From Lama guanicoe (lineage: Eukaryota), in NCBI GenBank assembly GCA_013239625.1, contig MU053504.1:2240607-2304606 (forward strand): a stretch of 64,000 bases of DNA, given 5' to 3'. Position numbers and translations under genes: made by a program. How positions within the stretch are numbered: the first letter of the stretch is position 1; each line of letters begins with the position of its first letter. This document shows positions 25,992 through 40,194 of the stretch, piece after piece. The notes beneath the pieces are model-generated. The model was not told where the DNA came from, did no database searches, and was given only the letters and a program-made list of their open reading frames with translations.

Positions 25992-26586
25992 TGTGGGAGC
26001 CCATGATTGGGTTAACAAATTGTAACAGACCCTAGCCACTTACCTCCTTAAAGAAGATGTGCTTAGTAACTGCCTTGAGGTTCTGGCAATGACCCGGCTA
26101 TAAACCATGCCTGCTATTAGTCTTCTATCCCCAAAACAGCCTTGGGCTGGAATGGTAAAAAGCTGCAGACTCAGAGGTGAGAAGGCTGGTTAGCCAATGA
26201 TAGGTAAGATCCCCTGACGGGGCAACCTAAGACAGGCACAGCCCGCCTGAGTCCAAGAAAATCTTGTTAAGCAGCTGATTCTCATAAGTTCTGGCCCTGA
26301 TAAGCTAAAAGGCTCAACACCATTATGATTCACCAAAAAGGGTCTTCGGACCTTGAGCCAAACACCAACAATAAACAAAGCCTTTGTACTCATTGTGATC
26401 CCACCCTGTCCTTCCCTAAATTCCTGCTTCGACTGTACTCAATAAATATGAGAGATTTGAGAGGCTCATGGAGTTGGCTACCGACTCCCTCTCGCTCTCT
26501 TGACTTTTCCCCAGAGTTTTGAGTAATTCATTCCGTCTCGGTGGGACTTCTGCTGGCCAGAACCCACAACTGGTGATGAACCCACA
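25992..26586 (+). mobile_element. Solo endogenous-retrovirus LTR (595 bp)
   Basis: Inverted termini TGTGGG...CCCACA, perfect 6-bp TSD CATTAT (25986-25991 and 26587-26592), AATAAA at 26370-26375 and 26441-26446; it splits a contiguous L1 sequence. Confidence 0.9.
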
Positions 26587-28090
26587 CATTATGGTTTTGG
26601 TTTGTATTTTCCTAGTGATTAATGATGTTGAGTATCTTTTCATGTGCTTATTTCATTTGTATATCTTCTTTGGAGAAATGGCTACTTAAATCCTTTAACC
26701 ATTTTTAAATTGGGCTGTCGTCTTGTTGAGTTGCAAGAGTTCTTTCTTTATTCTGAATACTAAACCATTACTAGATATATGACTTACAAATATTCTCTCA
26801 CATTTTGTAGCTTTTCACTTTCTTTATAATGTCCTTTGAGACACAAAAAATTTAAGTCTACTTTTTTTGCTTTTTTTTCTTTTGTGGCTCATGCTTTTGA
26901 TGTCATATCTAAGAATTCATTGCTAAACCCGAGGTCATGGATATTTACCTCTACGTTTTCTTTTGAGAGTTTTCTAGTTTTAGCTCTTCTATTTCGGTCA
27001 TTGGTTCATTGTGAGTTAATTTTTGTATAGGATATGAAGAAGGACTACAACATTATTCTATTGTATGTGTATATCCAGTTGTTCCAGCACCATTTGTTAG
27101 ACTATTTTTCCCCATTCCATGGTCTTCAGATTCTTGTCAAAAATCAACTGGTCCTAGATGTTTGGGGTTTATTTCTAGATTCTCAAATCCATCCCATTGG
27201 TCTATATATCTATCTTTATGCCAGTACCACAGTTTTGATCACTGTAGCTTTGTTTACTATGTCTGTGAGTCTGTTTCTGTTGTGTAGACAAATTCATTAG
27301 TATCTTCTTTTTTCTTTTTTTAGATTCCACATATGAGTGATATCATATGTTATTTTTCTTTCTCTTTCTGGCTTACTTCACTTAGAATGATGAACTCCAG
27401 GTCCATCCATGTTGTTGCAAATGACATTATTTTATTCTTTTTTATGGCTAAGTAGCATTCCATTGTATAAATATACCATAACTTCTTTATCCAGTCATCT
27501 GTTGATAGACATTTAGGTTTCCATGTTTTGGCTATTGTAAATTGTGCTGCTATTAAAAATGGGGTGCAAGTATCTTTTCAAATTAGAGTTCCCACCAGAT
27601 ATATGCCCAGGAGTGGGATTGCTGGATCATATGGTAAGCCTATTTTTAGTTTTTTGAGAAATCTCCACACTGTTTTCCAGAGTAGCTGCACCAACTTCAT
27701 TCCCACCAACAGTGTAGGAGGATTTCCATAAGAATTTGAGGACTGCTTTTCTATTTCTGCAAAAAGATAATTGGAATTTTGATAGGGATTGGACTGAAAC
27801 TGCAGATTGCTTTGAGCAGTCAGTCATCCCACTATTTTGGTTTGTTGTGTTTTCTTTTTCATCCAGCTCAGAATGTTTTCTAATTTTCCTTGTTTTTTCT
27901 TCTTTAACATATGGGCTACTTAGAAATGTAATGTTTAATATCCAAATATTTGTGGGTTTCCCAAACTTCCTTCTTTTGATGACTTGTAATTTAATTCCAC
28001 CCTGGTCAGAGCACATACTTTGTTAGGTTTCAATCCTTTAAAATTTTTTTTTCCTTTTAAATTTACTGAGACTTGTTTTATGACCTAGCA

Positions 28091-28292
28091 CATGAGTTGG
28101 CAAACTATGCATGGCTTCTTTGTTTTTATAAAGAAAGTTTAGTGGCACACAGTCATTCCCATATTAAAGTGTTGTCTATGGCTACTTTTGAGTTAAAATA
28201 GCAGAGTTGAGTAGCTGTGACAGAGACTGCATAGATAACAAGGCTAAAATATTTACTCTGTGGCTCCTTAAGAAACTTCTTACCAACCCCTG
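28091..28292 (+). mobile_element. MER58A-like hAT-Charlie MITE
   Basis: ca..gttggcaaacta ... gcagagttgagtagctgtgacagagac ... taaaatatttact ... ccaacccctg matches the MER58A layout as I recall it. Confidence 0.85.
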
Positions 28293-30496
28293 GTCTACCA
28301 TATGACTGTTCACTGAGTGCTTAAGAAGAATGTGTATTCTGCTCATTAGGTAGAGTGTTCTATAAGTGTCAGTTAGGTCAAGTTGGTTGATTGTGTTTTT
28401 CAACTCTTATGTATCTTTAGTGATTTTTGGTATAGCTGTTCTACCCATTATTGGGAGTGAGGTACTGAAGTTTTCAACTATTATTGTTGCATTATCTATT
28501 TTCCCCTTTAATTTTGTCAGTTTTTGCTGTGTGCATTTTGGGTTAGGCTGACATATCTTCCTGATGAATTGACCATTTTATTATAAAACACCTCATTCTG
28601 TCTCTATTAAGTTTTTGTTTGTTTTAAATTCTAGTTTGTTTGATATTGGCATATTCTTGGCAAGATGTATCTTTTCCCATCATTTTATGTCTTTGAATAT
28701 AAGGAATGCCTCTTGTAAACAACACATAGTTGGACCTTTATATTTTTCAGTCAGTCAGTCAGTGTCTGCCTTTAGTTGATATTTTATTGACATAACTGTA
28801 GATTCACACATAGTTGTAAGAAATAACAGAGATCCTTTGCCATGTTTCCCACAATGGTAACATTTTACCATATAAAATCACAACTGTGTATATTTATAAC
28901 ATATCACAAACAGCCGAAGGGTGTTGATGTAATCAACATTATTCAGATTTTTCCCAATTTCACTTGTGTATGCATGCATGTGTGTGTCTCTACCACCCAG
29001 ACAAGATACTGAACAGTTCCAATACCACAAGGATCTCTCGTGTTACCCTTTTATAATCATACACACTTCTGTCCTTTACTCTTATTACCTAACTAGCCTC
29101 TGATGATAACCAATCTGTCCTCTATGTCTAAAATGTTATCATTTCAAAAATGATACATAAATGGAACTAAAAAGTCTATAGCTTTTTGGAGTTAGCTTTT
29201 TTTCACTCAGTGTAATTTTCTGGAGATTCATCCAGGTTGCTGCATATATCAATAGTTTGTACCTTTTTATTTATTATTATAAGATTATGTATGTATTAGG
29301 TTATTTACCCACTCATCTGCTGAAGGACATCTTGGGTTGTTTCCACTTTTTAGCTATTACCAAAAAAGCTACTATGAACATTTGGATGTAAGTTTTTCTG
29401 TGAACATAAATTTTTATTCCTCTGGGATAAATGCCCAGGAGAGCTTTCTTGATTTTTAAACTGTATATACATTTATTTTCTTAGTGATTACTCTATAGAT
29501 TACAACATGTATCTTATCACAATATACTTCAGAGTAATATTAATTTAATTCCAGTAAATTACAGAAAATTTGCTCCAACACAGTTCCATTCCTTCTCTAC
29601 TCTTTTGTGACAGTATTTTCATATATATTATGTTCTATATGTAAGTCTGACATAGAATCACAATGATTGCTTTATATAATTCTGTGTCTTTTAAAGATTT
29701 TTAAAAAGGAGAAAACTATACAGAGTCTTTTGTATTTATCCATATATTTACCTTTACCAGTACTCTTCATTTCTACCGTTGGATTCAAATTACTATCTGG
29801 TATTATTTCCTTGATCTGATATAGCTCCATTTGCTCTGCTTCTTTTTGTGATATTATTTTCATTTAGATTATATCTTAATAAGTTACGAGCACAGTGATA
29901 CATTTTAATAATTATTATTTTATGCAAGTATCTTCTACTTTTTGAAATAATTAAAAGCAACAGCAACAAGGGATGTTGACTGTGATATGAAGCTCACTTT
30001 TCTTGATCATCTCACTTTCCTCTTCATACCAAAATCTGTGTTCCAATAAGTGTCACACAACCCAGAACTGGAAGTCTTAAGGTCCAAGTGGCTCCTCACA
30101 GCTTGATCATGTTGTTCATAATTTTTTTTCTCTAACTTGTTCACTAAAAAAAGAAAGCTTTTGGCAAATTAGAATTAGCTTACTTCTTTGTTCTTTAGTG
30201 AGTATCTTTAGGGCCCCTCGAGAATATTTCCTAAAAAATCTTTCAGTGGGTAGATGGGAGGGAAATTTTTAAATTTCAAAAATATGTCATTGTACAATAG
30301 AAAAATCTAAGCTTTCAGATCAAAAGGATGTGCTTGGGTACCATAAAGAATTATTAGGGGAAAGAAAAGACCCACATTTAGACAGTTATTGGTAAAATTT
30401 CTGCATTCTAAGATAGAAAAACTATGACAAATTTCAAGAAAGAAAAGTCAAGTTGCTACAATGGAAAGTATATGTCAGACTTGTTCTAGGCCACAG

Positions 30497-30742
30497 GTAG
30501 TAGAGTGGTCTTAGGCTTAAGGAGTCAGAGAACCCGGGGTTTAATCACGGATTTGGCAGGGACTTTGAGCATGTTACTTACCTTTTCTATGCCTCAGTTT
30601 CCTCATCTAATAAGGTAGAATAATGGTAGTAATTACTTACTAGAGTTTCATAGGAATTAAATGACTCAATATATGAAAAGCACCTAGAATATTATCTGGG
30701 TACATAGTGTATACTTGAGAAATGTTAGTTATCATGATTATT
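30497..30742 (+). mobile_element. Near full-length MIR SINE
   Basis: tgcctcagtttcctcatct core and gtacatagt...aaatgttagttat 3' end. Confidence 0.8.
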
Positions 30743-30804
30743 AACTAAAACACTGAATAATACAAGACATCAAAGGTCACTGTCTATACCTCCATCAAAA
30801 GACA

Positions 30805-33270
30805 TTCTGGTTGCAGAAAGATGGCATAGACATACATTTCCTATTTCTCCACCTAATATAACTAAAAACTCTGGGCGTTACATATGAAACAGTGGGAAGT
30901 TCATGAGAATACTCTGAAAGATAATGGGAAGAAAGCACACTAGCTAAGGACCTCAAAACTCAAGAAACAATAATGTATTGAGTTCCCTGAGATTTCTTTT
31001 TGTCTCATATATCCCAGACTTGGAGCTGGAGAAGTTAGCAATCCAGAAATGAGAGTAGGTGAAGACAAAAATAGCCTCCCAAAACCTGTTCTCTCTGACC
31101 ACCAGACCACAGAAAGGGTAGTCTAGCAAGGCAGAAAATTTTCAGACAGTAACTGCTTTACTCCAGTCAAACATCCCAGAAAAAACTATGGCCCAGCCTA
31201 CATGCACCAGCAAAGGCTGAATGGACAGCCTAGATTTTCACCCTGGCCAGGAAGTGACAAATTATGCCCTAAGCCTGGGGTAGTATCAGAAAAGGCCAAA
31301 TAGGAGGCTGGAAATTGTTTCCTGCCAGGTGGTAATGAGGCCTCATCTCTCTAATGTCAGTGAAGACCGCATGTGAAGGGAGCCTGGACTTCCACCTTTA
31401 TCTAGCAGTAATAAGGTGACTGTACCCTTCTCTACTGGGGTGGTGACAGAGGAGGTATATAGTGCAGAATCAGGATTTTACCATTATCTAGCAGCAATGA
31501 GCACCTATCCCTCTCAGTCAAAGTTATGAAAGTAAAGACAAAGAAAAAAAAACAAACAAGCCCTTGAAAGCAACCAGAGACAAATGTATATTACCTTTAG
31601 TGGAAAAACAATTTGAAAGAGAGCAAATTTCTTATCAGAAATAATAGATGAGGCCAGAAGGAAGGGGACATTTTTAAAGTGCTGAATGAAATGTCAACCT
31701 AGAATGCTATATCCAATGAAAATACCCTTTAGAAATGAAATATGAAATCAAGGCATCCTTACATAAAGAGAGACAAAGAGAATATGTTGACATAAGACCT
31801 ACTCTGAAAGAATAACTGTAGGAACTTATTTTAACAGAAAGGAAATAAGAAAAGGAATCTGGGAACATAAAAAGGAAAAAAGAACATGGTAAGTAAAAAT
31901 ATGGGTAAATACAATAAACTTTCCTTCTCTTGAGTTTTCTAAATTATGTTTGATAATTGAAGGAAAAATGATAATTATCTAATGCGGTTTTAAATGTATG
32001 CAGAGGAAATATTTAAGTATATTATACATAAAAGAAAGTAAAGAAACATAAAGGGAGGTAAGGTTTCCAGTGTTCATTCAAACTGGTAAAATGGTGACAA
32101 CAGTAGATAGCATATATGTAATATAATACCTAGGGCAATCACTAAGAAAGCTGTACAAACAGATACATTCAAAACACTACAGAAAAATCAAAATGGACTT
32201 CAAACAATTGTTCAAGTAACAAAGAAACAGAAAACAGAAGAAGCAGAAAACAAAAATTAAATTGGTAGGCTTAAGCTCTAACATACCAATAATTATATCA
32301 GCTATAGTCTATATCTAACAGTTACAACACAGAAATTGGCAGAGTGAATTTAAAAACATGACCCAATAATATGCTATCCACATGAACTCTCTTCAAAAAT
32401 AACCATATGGGCAGCTTGAAAATAAAAGGATGGAAAAAGATATATATCATGCAAGCATTAATTTTAAAAAAGCATAAGTGGTTTTATTAAATATCAGACA
32501 AGGTAGATTTCAAAGCAAATAAAATTACCAGAAAGAGAACGGAACATTATATAATGACAAAATGGTCAATCTAGTAAGAAGACATAATAATCATGAATGT
32601 GTGTGTACAAAACAGTAGAGATGCAAAATACGTGAAGCAAAAACTGGTATGACTGAAAGGAGAAACAGACAAATTCACAATTATACCTGGAAACTTCAAC
32701 AGTGTCTCTCAATAATTGATGGAAGATTAAATAGAAAATTGATAGAAAATAAGCAGGTTAAAGAAAAAGTCAACAACAATTCACATTAACCAACAGGATC
32801 TAATGAAAATTTATAGAATACTCTAACTAATAACATCAGAATATATTCTTTCAAGTGTTCCTGGGACATATACCAAGACAGACGATACCCTGGGCCATAA
32901 AACAAACCTCAACAAACTTTAAAAAACTGAAGTTGTACAAAATGTGTTTTCACACATAATGGAATCAGACTAGAAATCAATAAAAGAGAGATAACAGGAA
33001 AATCTCCAAATAGCTGAAAACTAATCACCACACTTCTAAATAATACATGGGTCAGTAAGAGGTCTCAAAGAAAAATTTTTAAAAAAGTGAATTGATTTAA
33101 ATGGAAATACAACATACCAACATTTGTGGGACACAGGTAAAGCAATGCTCAGAGGGAAATTCATACCATTAAATGCAAGCATTAGAAAAGAAGAATCTCA
33201 AATCAATAATCTAAGCTCCTACATCAAGAATCTAGAAAAAGAGCAAAATAAACCCAAGTTAAGCAGAAAG
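30805..33270 (+). mobile_element. Old L1: 5' UTR, ORF1 remnants and ORF2 endonuclease region, 3'-truncated
   Basis: aagatggc 5' start, ORF1 C-terminal motif (caacctagaatgctatatcca) and degenerate EN-domain sequence at 32270-33270. Confidence 0.8.
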
Positions 33271-36200
33271 AATACTCATCTCTGATAGTGAGCACTCCAT
33301 GAAAAACTAGCTGCAAAAAAAACCACCATGGCAACTGAACATAGATAGTGACTTTCTTTGAGCTTTTTACTTATCTATCACTTAAAATAATTATGAAGGA
33401 CACAGATCACCAAATATCACTTTTGTTTTGGACTAGCTGACCTAGAGAATATCTTTCTGATAAGAAAAATTGCAAATGGGCAAGTTGTCTCTCAAGGCCC
33501 TGCCCAAACAGGACAGTGCCCAGACACTGTGCTTTAGAAGATACAATTGTTCTTTGCTTTCTAATATAGCCAAAGATGGTCTCAGGAACACATTATGAGA
33601 AAACCGTAACACATCCCTGTTTTTCAGCTAGAATATAGAAACCAGTTGCAGAAGAGATCTTTCTCTCAGATTTATGACTGGGGTTCAGCTCATGTGATGA
33701 GTCACAGTGTGGCCTAACTGGATTGGCCAGTACCTGGCCCTACTGCGATAACCTGAGCCTGAGAGAATTAGATGGCAGTTTCTTTGTCTGAATTAATAGT
33801 CAGGGGTAGATGTGGAGCCTCTGCAGCTCGCCCACAGCTGGCTGCTCTGCACCATGTCAGTGGCCACTAAAACTGTAAGAACATCTATTACTAGTTGAAT
33901 TTGGTAGATTTCACTACTAGACAATATAGGCATTTGCTTGAATATGCATAAACTATCCCTGGAAGTATACTGATAACATGAGCTGTGTTTGGTGAAGGGA
34001 CAAGGAATCTAGAGACGACTTTTCACTGCATATATGCATTTATTTATATCTATATCTATCTCCTTTTGTATCTTTTGAATTTAAAGTAAAAATTCAGTGA
34101 TGTATTTGACTGATATTTTTCTACAATTGCATATAAAAGCTAGGAGAGACAGTGGTATTAAAGGATTTAAAGAAAGAAAGTCTTAGTAGAAGTCCATCCG
34201 TATAGAAGCATATATATAGATTTAAACATACACTTCTTCTTGTTCCCAGAGTGTGCCAATGAATGTCAAACACTTAGTTCCCCCATAAAACATTTCTACA
34301 CTAGGGAAGAATACTTCAAGTGCAGCAGGCAAACACTTTAAAAAACCACTTATGTTCCTTTATTCTAACTTAAAACTTACCAAATTATACACTATTTTAA
34401 ATCCTGTTTTCCTCACCTGACTCACCTAAGGGAAAGAGTGCAAAAAGCTTACTCAAGTCAATGTTCAAGTTCACCTGAAAATGCTATTTCCCATGACAAA
34501 TCTATTAACTGGCAGTCTTCTGAGCTTTTGTTAGCAAGATTCTCCTAGGCCTTGATTATCTCTGAGTAAAGGTAAAGTTGCATTTCTTTATGTATACAGG
34601 CCCAGACCCAGGAGGCTGCAGCTCGGGATGGGGGGTGGGGGGGTGGGATTCTGCACTGAGATGTTTTGTGCCTGAATATCTAAGCTAACACTCCAGGATG
34701 ACACCCGCCACCTCACTTCCTTCAAAGCGCTCTAGTCTCTATCACTTAAATTCAGAAGTTCCTCTGCATTCCCCAACTTTTATAATTTTCTCCGGTACTT
34801 GGCTATTGGAAATTCTTCTAAGATATCAGGGTTCAAAAATCTTTTGTCTTCAAAAGGCAGACAGCTAGGTACGATAATTGTATGGTATTTTGTAAATATT
34901 TCTCTAAATGTATCTTCTTTCTATTGTTTGAGTTGCAAAGTCTAAGGTCAGTCTTATCCTTTATTCTCCAGAGGACATTTCTTCCTTTCCAGTTTGAAAA
35001 AACTAGTAAGTAGGTATTGAGTATACTGTCTTTAAGTGCCAAATCTGGAAAATAAGTACTCCATAAAATCACAACCTATAGGCAAAGGTCTATTTTTCTC
35101 TACAATAACTTCAATTTTATCTTTACTGAGGCTTCCTCCTATCTGCAATCTACCCCTACTCTCCCAATTATTTAGAGGAGAGTTGCAGGAGCAAAAAATT
35201 AAGTCTACAAGATTTGTTATAACCTATTCATCTATTCCATTTGTATTTTAACCTGGATCTTTCCATTTCACCTCAATTTTACTGACTGTACTATTATTTA
35301 AATGCCCTTTTTTTTTAAGGGATGTTGTAAGTTTTATTATACTTTTTTTATCACAGTGCTTTAGGTTTTTTTAATTTTATTTTGTTTTAAAATTCTAACC
35401 AGTTCCTTTTAATGATCTCTGTGTCTTTCCTTCTTTTCAGCCTTATTATTAACAATTCCGTTCCTTTAGGAGTGGTTTTTTTTTCTGTTTGTTCTATTAT
35501 CATTGTCTTCTCTGGGTTTGTACACACTTTCCTCTTTTTTGGTGTTGCCAAGGTTTTAAAATCATGCCTGAGGTGCTATCTTTGTTTGTCATAATTGAAA
35601 TCTGCCTTCTTAAACATTTTTAATTTCAGGTGTTTGTTATTTTGGTGGGTCTATTTTTACTCTGCCATATTTCTAGTAATTATTCTGTCAACTCCTTACT
35701 TTCCTTCCATTTTTCTGTAAAGTCTCTATTTTCAATTTAAATCATTCCATCAGATTTTCATGATACTTCACCTTGAAGATAGTGAAGGATTCAGATCTGA
35801 TGTCTTGGATTCCCCTTGGACTTCTATCCCAGGCACAACCACACATACACTATAATTCCACAAATAATCTGCTTTAGCCTTTAACCAATGATTCCTATTT
35901 AATGCATAGTCTTGTGATTAAGGATGGAACTCATAAAGAGGATGGGTTGTAGAAAAAAAGAGCACAGAGTAATGCTGAGATGGGGGAGGATGAAATCAAA
36001 GACAAGTTGTAAGGGAGGAAAATACTCTCAGGTTGAACTTCACATAATTACACCAAGGCAGTGAAAAGAAATAAAAAGCAATGTGCAGTTCTCACTCTCA
36101 ATATGAAATAAACCCTAGGTGTAATATAATACCTGCTTAACTTAAGAAAAAAGCAGATTTCCCCCCAAGAAAACAACATGTTTTTCCCACAACAAGCAAA

Positions 36201-36639
36201 TCAAAATGCAATAGGAGAACAATGCCTATGTTACTCAAAACCACGCTCTAATTACCTGCAAATGTTTAATTTTCAACATCTCTCAAGTTTGATGAATGGG
36301 CCAGTGAGCCTCTTTCTTTAGAGTCAGATCTTATTCTATATTAATGGCTTATCACCTCCTGGTTCTTGTACAGGTGGGCATAATAGACACCTGCAGAGCA
36401 CAAAACAAATATAATTCTTAAAGATTTGATAGGTGCTTCTAGTTGCTGGAGTAAACTACTTATTGTTGACATAATGTTAATCTACTTATTTACTGGGATT
36501 ATTATAAAAATAGATCATGAAAAATCTTCAGTAGAAAATTTTTTGAAGAAGTTTTGATTGAGTAATAGATATATTATTTGAGAAGTGGTTGTATCTTTTT
36601 TGTTCCATCAAGAAAACCAACCTGATTATAAAGAAGGAA

Positions 36640-38095
36640 TTAAAATTATTATTTGCAGATGATAGTAAAATAAAAAGAATCTCATTAAAAGAACAACAAA
36701 AAAGAATACTTTACTAATAAATACACATAACATATTAAAAATATGAAAAGTACAAAAGAGGATGTGAGTAACTGAAAAGATATATCTGCTTCTTGGTTGT
36801 GGAAATGCAACATTAGAAAGATAACAATTTTCCTTAAATCTGTAAATTTAATGGAGACACAACAAAAAAGTACTGACTTAATTTGACTCTTTGAAGAGAG
36901 AAGAGGGTGGTTAAAGAAGCTAATTCTAGTTCAACAGGAAAATGAAATTGACAGAACAACCAGAAATATTCCAAAAAGGAAAAACCTGCATTATTACCAC
37001 ATGAATTGACAGATTAACAAGACAGGATAGAGATATGGTAGGTTAGTCATAGCTGCTGTTTGCCAAATATTTTCAGTTTTCCATTTAGGCACATGCATGA
37101 CTACACTTCCTGGCCTCTTACATTGGAGCCATGTAATGAACACTTATTAATGAATTGTAAAGGGAATTGATGTTTGTCACTTTCAGGCTAAACATTTTAT
37201 TGATGGAGTGAGACTCTCCCGAACTCTCTTTTCCTTTGCTAAGATAAATGGCAATGTTCAAGATGACAACAGCCCTATTAGTCTAAGCTTTTGAGTAAGG
37301 AGATGTGGAGCAGAGCCCCTAGCCAACCCTTGATGGACATGTACCAAAATGAAAGAAATTTCCTGTTATAAGCCACTAAAATTTTGAGGTTGTTTGTGAC
37401 TAGGACATAACCTAGCCTATCCTGGCAGATACAAGAAAGTTGAAGAGCAGCCCAAATTCGTGTAAAAAAGTTGATATTACCCGTTAGTGGGAGAAACCAC
37501 TCTTCGACATTATTAGTGAAACTGTCAGTTAGAACACTGTCAGCCTCCATGAGAGCAACTTAGCAAAATTACGCAGAGACTTACCCACTGACCCAGCAAT
37601 TCCGCATTTAAGAATTTAGCTTTCCAGTGTGCTTATATGTGTACTCAAAGACACATGTACCAGGCTCTTCTTTTCAGCCTTGTTTGGAATAGCAAAAGAT
37701 TGGAAGCAATCTAAATATGCAACTGGTTAAATTATAGTATCTAAACACAATCTAATTTTGCAATTGTTAAAAAAAATGCTGTAGATCTACAGATGTGTTG
37801 ATTTGGCACAGTTTTCATGATAAAACTACTAAGTAAATAAAACAAAAAACAAAGTACGGAACAGTATATGTAGCATACTACTATTAATATAAAAAGAATT
37901 AAGAGAGAAACTAGCTTTGTATATGCCTAAAATGTCTTTGGGAGGAAACATAAAAAACTGGTACCAGTGATAGCCTCTGACAGGGCTGACAGGAGACTGA
38001 CCGTTCACTGAATAATTACTTATGATACCTTAGGTCTTTGATAGTATATGTGCATATTATATATTACTTATTAAAGAGAATAAAATAAAATTTTA
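36640..38095 (+). mobile_element. Very old L1 (L1ME-type) ORF2/3' fragment with an internal MLT1-type LTR at about 37045-37432
   Basis: tttgcagatgat RT motif, gacccagcaattcc motif, and MLT end aagccactaaaattttgaggttgtttg...ataacctagcctatcctg. Confidence 0.6.
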
Positions 38096-40006
38096 ATTGT
38101 AAATGGAAATAGTAAAAAGTTCTCTGTGTTGTTTATAAAGATTTTTAAGGACTTGTCAAACTTGGTTCTTATTTAAAAGACTTGGTTGGAAACCATGACC
38201 TTATCTGGATAGATCTGGTGAGGAAAATTTTCCACAAAGATTATTGTTAGCCCGTTCATAAGTATCCTGTAGCTCTCTGTCTTAAATCAACATTTGCTTA
38301 GATAAGGTAATTACTGAATGATTTTAATCCCTCCTTTATAATTACATATATATAAATTGTTTCTTCTCTGAGTTGTCTAATGTCTTTAGAATAATGTTAA
38401 AACCAATGTAAAGAATGGACATTCTTGTCTTATTCATAGTCTAATGAGATTGTTATTTTATCAGTAAATAGGATGTGTATAGCTTGAGACACACATAAAC
38501 ATACACACACACACATTTACCATATTAAGGAACTTTCCAACTATTCTTAATAAATTACTTTCTACTGAATTGGAAAATGTGTTCCAGGATAAAGGAACTT
38601 ACCCATTTATTTTACCAATTCAGTAACAACCAGTCTTTTAAAATATTTCTCTTTACTCAAAGGTAAGCACTTGAGGACTACTGATGAGCAGCTCTGACTT
38701 CACTAGATCTTCTATTTCTTTGACCTCTCTTAGTTTTGGCTTTAGATTGGGATTTTTGAAAAAGAGCTTGATTGACCTATGTGAGGCTGCTGTATGAAGT
38801 GGGTAAATCAACAGCTAGTAGACATAGCAGGAAAAATAATTAAGATCTGGTTGAAGGCACACAGCTCTCCTTCACCAAACACTGAGTCAGAGCATTTAAC
38901 TATCTGAAATACGGACCTAGAATCCATTTTATGTCTTTCAGATTAAAAAAAACAAAGTTTCATCATAGACAGTTAGTAGCACTACTTAAGTATTTACCAA
39001 GCTCCCCATTTTCAATTTGTTAAAGAATAATTTACTTTTGGAAACAAACTACAAGGTTATAGGTTTTATATAATTGGTAGATTGGAGACTGTATCTCTCT
39101 AGGGTCTCTCTTGAAAAGAGCTCCACAGATTCCAAGGATGGTTTTTGCTTTAAATTTCAGGAAAACTAACAAACTAGGGGATTTCATATTTGAAATTCTC
39201 TTCCTAGAATCATGACTTCCAAAGCAAAAGGGCTAGACATTGGCTTAAATAAGTAAAGAAAAAATGTGCATGTAAAACTCTCTATATTAAATGGATCATA
39301 ATGTTCAACTTACTGCTTTGCATTTCTCAGTCACATTGGTTCAAGTTCAAATGTATTGTTAATGATAAAATATTCAATATCATAAGCACTGTTACAAATG
39401 TCCCCTATGGATTCTGACTGCACACAATGGAGCAATCAATTAATCTAGGAAAAATCTCGGTGAGCCAGCCTGAGCCTGTATATCCCCCAAACAGGGAATC
39501 TTTTTTCCTTCAAATAATTTTTTAGGATGTTAATCAAAATAAACATTTTGCATAGTGTTTTAGAGAGTCTATGAATGGTATTCACATAATAAATCTCATT
39601 TAATCCTTATAATCAATGTGGGGTAGATATACTCCTCTATATTCAAAGGAAGAAACTCAGAAAGGTCAAGCTGGTTGCCCAAACTGAAACGGACTGAAAC
39701 CAAATCCCTTACTCTTCCCATGAGATCCTGCTGCTGTCTGCCACAGACCATACTACATTTGCACTGCACTGTCAGTGTTTGAAAGGATGCACAAATGAAA
39801 CAATTTCTGTGACTGTTTCCAGTGGGCAGTGAGTTTGCTGATACATCCTGGGTTATTGTCGTAAACAAAGAGGCCCAGGAAAAGCCAAAACCATAATTTC
39901 AAACAAGTTGAAACAGTTAAAATAAATGTATAATATATATATAAAAGAAACTTTAAATTTTGAAATAATTTTAGATTTAGAAGTTCACAAGTTCCCATAT
40001 ACTCTT

Positions 40007-40194
40007 TTTTCAATATATATTTTTATTGAAGTATAATCAGTTTACAATGTTGTGTCAATTTCTGGTGTACAGCACAATATTTCAGTAACATAGGAACATA
40101 TATATATTGGTTTTCATATTCTTTTTCACCTTAAATTACTACAAGATATTGAATATGGTTCCCTGTGCTATACAGTATAAACTTGTTGTTTATC
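40007..40194 (-). mobile_element. 5'-truncated lineage-specific L1 3' end with 22-bp TSD
   Basis: TSD tcacaagttcccatatactctt at 39985-40006 and 40195-40216; homologous to 47815-47975. Confidence 0.9.

Larger units (their letters stand above)
25095..29900 (-). mobile_element. Nested L1 cluster of several ages, interrupted by an LTR, a MER58 and a younger L1 piece
   Basis: L1 ORF2 C-terminal remnants (for example [33 protein letters not shown]) and endonuclease-region remnants (KNTINQLDLTDTYRTL). Confidence 0.85.
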
